DNA of 64,000 bases, taken from contig OZ287078.1 in assembly GCA_965645245.1 (NCBI GenBank), positions 1,426,001-1,490,000 on the forward strand, given 5' to 3'. This document shows, in pieces, positions 60,888 through 64,000 of this stretch. Position 1 is the first letter of the stretch; the number at the start of each line of letters is the position of its first letter. This DNA is from Massalongia carnosa (lineage: Eukaryota). The notes under the pieces were generated by a model, which saw only the letters and a program-made list of their open reading frames with translations, was not told where the DNA came from and ran no database searches. The position numbers and the translations under genes are program-made.

Positions 60888-62038
60888 ATGAGCTCATCTA
60901 GAGGTCAGTAGAGTGCATATAATTTTATCTGGCCACTTTTTTAAGCAAAAGTGTAGCTCGGTTACCAGAGGTAGACTTGGACGAAGTTTATGAACGGCTA
61001 AAAACCGCGGTGGCGAAAAGTATCTCCGCTGGAAGTGCTACCAAGTGCACAGAGACGCATTCTATAGAACGAACTCCGCAGAATCCTGAGACAGAGGAGA
61101 GTGAAGTTCTGGAAGAGCTAGACGTCATTGAGAACGATTTCTCAGTTGAGAATCTTACCAAGTGCACAAAGACATATTTAGGAGAAGAAGGTCCGCAGAG
61201 GTTGGAGACAGACAAGAACGAACTTCTGAAGTGGCTGGACGCGGTGGAGGAGAAAAGTTTCTCAGCCGAAAGTCCCATTAAGTGCACCGAGACATATATA
61301 GGCGAAGAAAGTCCGCCAAAGGTAGAGACAGATGAGAACAAAGTTCTGAAATGGCTGGACGCGGTGGAGAATGATTATCCAATTGGTTCCCACATGGAGT
61401 GCACAGAAATAAACTCTACAGCAGTAAGTCTACAGAGCATGGAGTCAAATGAAGTGCTAGAATCGTCGATAAGCGCTCACACGGACATTTTTCTGGTAAC
61501 TCAAGACCGCAACTTGGCCTTGCGGATTCTTGATAGAGTCATAACCAAGGATCGCACGGGCTTCGCAGAATGGCTCAAGGCAAATGGAAGATGGGAATGG
61601 CGCACATTCTGGGGTCCCCCGAAAGGTAAAGTCCAGTGGTGGGACTTTTGCTCCTGGATAGCGCCAACGAGGTATGAGGAGGTGTTGGCAAATCTACCTC
61701 GAGGTTCCTCAGCTCGAAATAAAAACTCCAATCGCATCAATTTGGATAAAAATTTGTGGCTATCGACAGACCAGTGGATAACAGAGGTTCTGAGACCTAT
61801 TTTCATGCAGGATGAACCCACAAAAAGCCCTTTCGAGGTGATGTTATGGAAGGGAGACACAACGCTGAGAGATAAAAGGCTGTCAAAAAATAGGGCTAGC
61901 CCAGTAAGCGCATTTGCTGAGGCCCGGGACTGATGATTCCCATCTCAAACTCATGGGATCGACTGGACGCTTCAACAGGAGTTTTACGATATCCTAAACG
62001 CGTGGCTAGATTATGCTGTTCCCGACTTTACCACGTGA
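60888..62038 (+). CDS. Hypothetical protein with 3.5 acidic ~39-40-aa repeats and a Trp-rich C-terminal domain
   Basis: ORF 60977..61933 with repeats KCT[EK]T....E..P...ET...EVL.WLD.VE. Likely short first exon (ATG at 60888) and last exon (EFYDILNAWLDY..*, 62038) via canonical introns. Confidence 0.65.
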
Positions 62039-63300
62039 TTGTAGATATGAGTGTAGTAACGCTATACCTACTTGTTATACTAATAGTTGAACGGTTTTGA
62101 TCCAGCGTCATCTAGTGTACCTATGTAGGTAGTTATGTTGAAGTACAAACACGCAGTGAGCAGAAGTTCCCATTGACAGCACGGGGAATGTCACCTGACC
62201 AAGCTAGTCTCAATAAGCGATGCCTGGCATCCAGATATCTTCCTAAAACTACTTCTGCTGCGTCGATATTATGAGAGCGAGCATAATCAAAGTGAAAAAA
62301 GGCTAATTTCAGCGCATGATTGCTAAGACCCTTTACGATCCTTAACGACTCCGAGTTTCACTTCTTGTTTGGGGGGTTTTTCTTCTTCCAACATCTGTGC
62401 GAACAACATCCCCAATCAGAATCTATTAGCAAAGAAGTAGATAGATACTCCCATTTTAAACGTTTCCGAGATCGGAGAGGAAGAAAGAGCAATATTTACG
62501 GGAATATATTTTGTCTTTTAAGAGGTTAGCTACAGTGTCGTGAAGTTATATTGGTGAGAGGGGCTACAAAGGGTTAGGATGTAGAGGGTTACCTGGGCCA
62601 AAATGTAAGGGAGGGGGAGTATTGAAAGATTGTTAACCGACTACGAGGAATAAGAACGTGGAATTAAGGAAGGTAATATCAAGAGTATTGAGAACGGGCA
62701 ACAAGATAGAGGGGCGAAGGGTGGTTTGTGGAGATGAAGAGCGGATAAGGTTATGTACAGCCCCCCCTCACTGTCTTTGTTGAAAGGAGCATGACATGGA
62801 CTTGGGAAAAGAACATGTCGGACTAACGGCAGAGATTATATAACAAGCGAGACAAGCTCATACAAAATTCTCTTCTTGTAAATTTAGGCTTAGAGGATTC
62901 ATCATAAATTCATCAATAAATCAATCATCTATTTCACTATCAAGAGATATTCTTCTGACGTAAATATAAATTCACCATAGAGCTCATTGTTATCATACAT
63001 TCAGCTCAACAGAACATTTGGCAAGGCGGCTGTTGAGTGAGACTAACTTGTCAGATCAGTGGTAGCCAGTAAGCCTTTGGTGAGGGTTGGGACATGGGGG
63101 TCCGAATGGACTTGAGGGTGGGTGAAAGAGAGACTGAGTTGGGGGTTGTTGGTAGTTGCAGATAGATGCTTTGTGCCGAAATGCTTCATGTATATAGGTC
63201 TAATATTTTATACCAGAGTTTGGACGCACGCACTCCCCTGTCCCCGGAGCGATTCTCTCAAAACACTGTATGGTACACCTTGCCCCCCATGAAAACACCT

Positions 63301-64000
63301 TCAGGAGCTCCTAGCACGACTATGGAGAATTAGCTTCGGAAATCTCAATTGAGCAACGGAGGGAGCAACGAACCTCTTCGTGCCGCGACGGCGCAATCTC
63401 AGTTTCTTGGATGCGAGGTCGGTGAACAAAAGGTCCTTGCTTCCGGGCACATCGTTAGGGCTCGTGTCGACGGAAGGGGTCACGTCCGGAGCTGTCATGG
63501 GGGTTCCTCCAGAGTTCATGAAGATTCTGATCTTCGGCGCCATATCCAAACTCGCAGCGTCAACGGGGACGATAGTCGCGCCCAATCTGTCTCTTGATGT
63601 CCCGGCCATAACGGAGTTTAGGTATGATGTCAAGTCCCCTTCATCCTCGGCAGGCAAGGATTCTGGCAGTTTGCTCTCTTTCTCTGCGCTCTTCAACTGC
63701 GATGGAGTTTCTTCGCCTGGTTTTATTATTATGTTTTCTGCGCATGTACAGTATTTAATAGATATTTCTCGTTCGCAGAGCGCAACATTCTCCTTTCGTG
63801 GCGAAAAATATTCCTTCTCTCCGTTGCCGTCCTGAAAGTTACACGTATTGGTAGTTTCCTTTCCTGCGGCCGAGTCTGGCTTCTTATTCGAGCACTGACA
63901 AAACACCGCGAGCGTGGGCTGTTTGCAAAGGGGTTGATCTTTAGGATCGCTTCCGTAATACTGCATGCCTAGCCCGTCCTTGAAGTCGCAGGACGAGTAT
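63301..64000 (-). CDS. Cys-rich hypothetical protein, 5'-partial (possibly secreted)
   Basis: Frame open to the window end. Two copies of C-x-F-x-DG-x-G...LC-x7-[FY]C-x-C (CDFKDGLG..LCKQPTLAVFCQC; CNFQDGNG..LCEREISIKYCTC). Confidence 0.6.
   Translation of the reverse strand, partial: YSSCDFKDGLGMQYYGSDPKDQPLCKQPTLAVFCQCSNKKPDSAAGKETTNTCNFQDGNGEKEYFSPRKENVALCEREISIKYCTCAENIIIKPGEETPSQLKSAEKESKLPESLPAEDEGDLTSYLNSVMAGTSRDRLGATIVPVDAASLDMAPKIRIFMNSGGTPMTAPDVTPSVDTSPNDVPGSKDLLFTDLASKKLRLRRRGTKRFVAPSVAQLRFPKLILHSRARSS

Noticed and set aside
27000..64000. Starship captain (DUF3435), Spok, HET or gasdermin genes
   Set aside because: No tyrosine-recombinase or other diagnostic motifs seen in any ORF.

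Overview
Filamentous ascomycete genomic DNA with GT-AG introns and CTRAC branch sites. The group I intron sites in its rDNA suggest a lichen-forming or otherwise intron-rich Pezizomycotina. The window has two halves. 1-26.8 kb is core gene space: SNF2-family helicase (5'-partial), LYS2, a Cys-rich single-pass membrane gene with one premature TAA, HEM1, RPA49, YPP1-like, RIX1 and an MBOAT acyltransferase. From ~27 kb it is accessory-looking. It holds (i) a SesB-like hydrolase/NB-ARC/TPR NLR with 16 near-identical 126-bp repeats that vary at only four sites; (ii) a nested block of a solo LTR, a decayed Tc1/mariner element, a dispersed rearranged 5'ETS-18S-IGS rDNA copy carrying group I introns or remnants at S287, S516 and S788, and a second truncated LTR; (iii) three diverged paralogs of an uncharacterised family that share intron positions, plus a stand-alone gene for that family's C-terminal domain; and (iv) a DUF3716-like Cys-cluster gene and several repeat-containing orphan or secreted proteins. 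Exon boundaries were read by eye. Family names come from motif recognition, not database searches.
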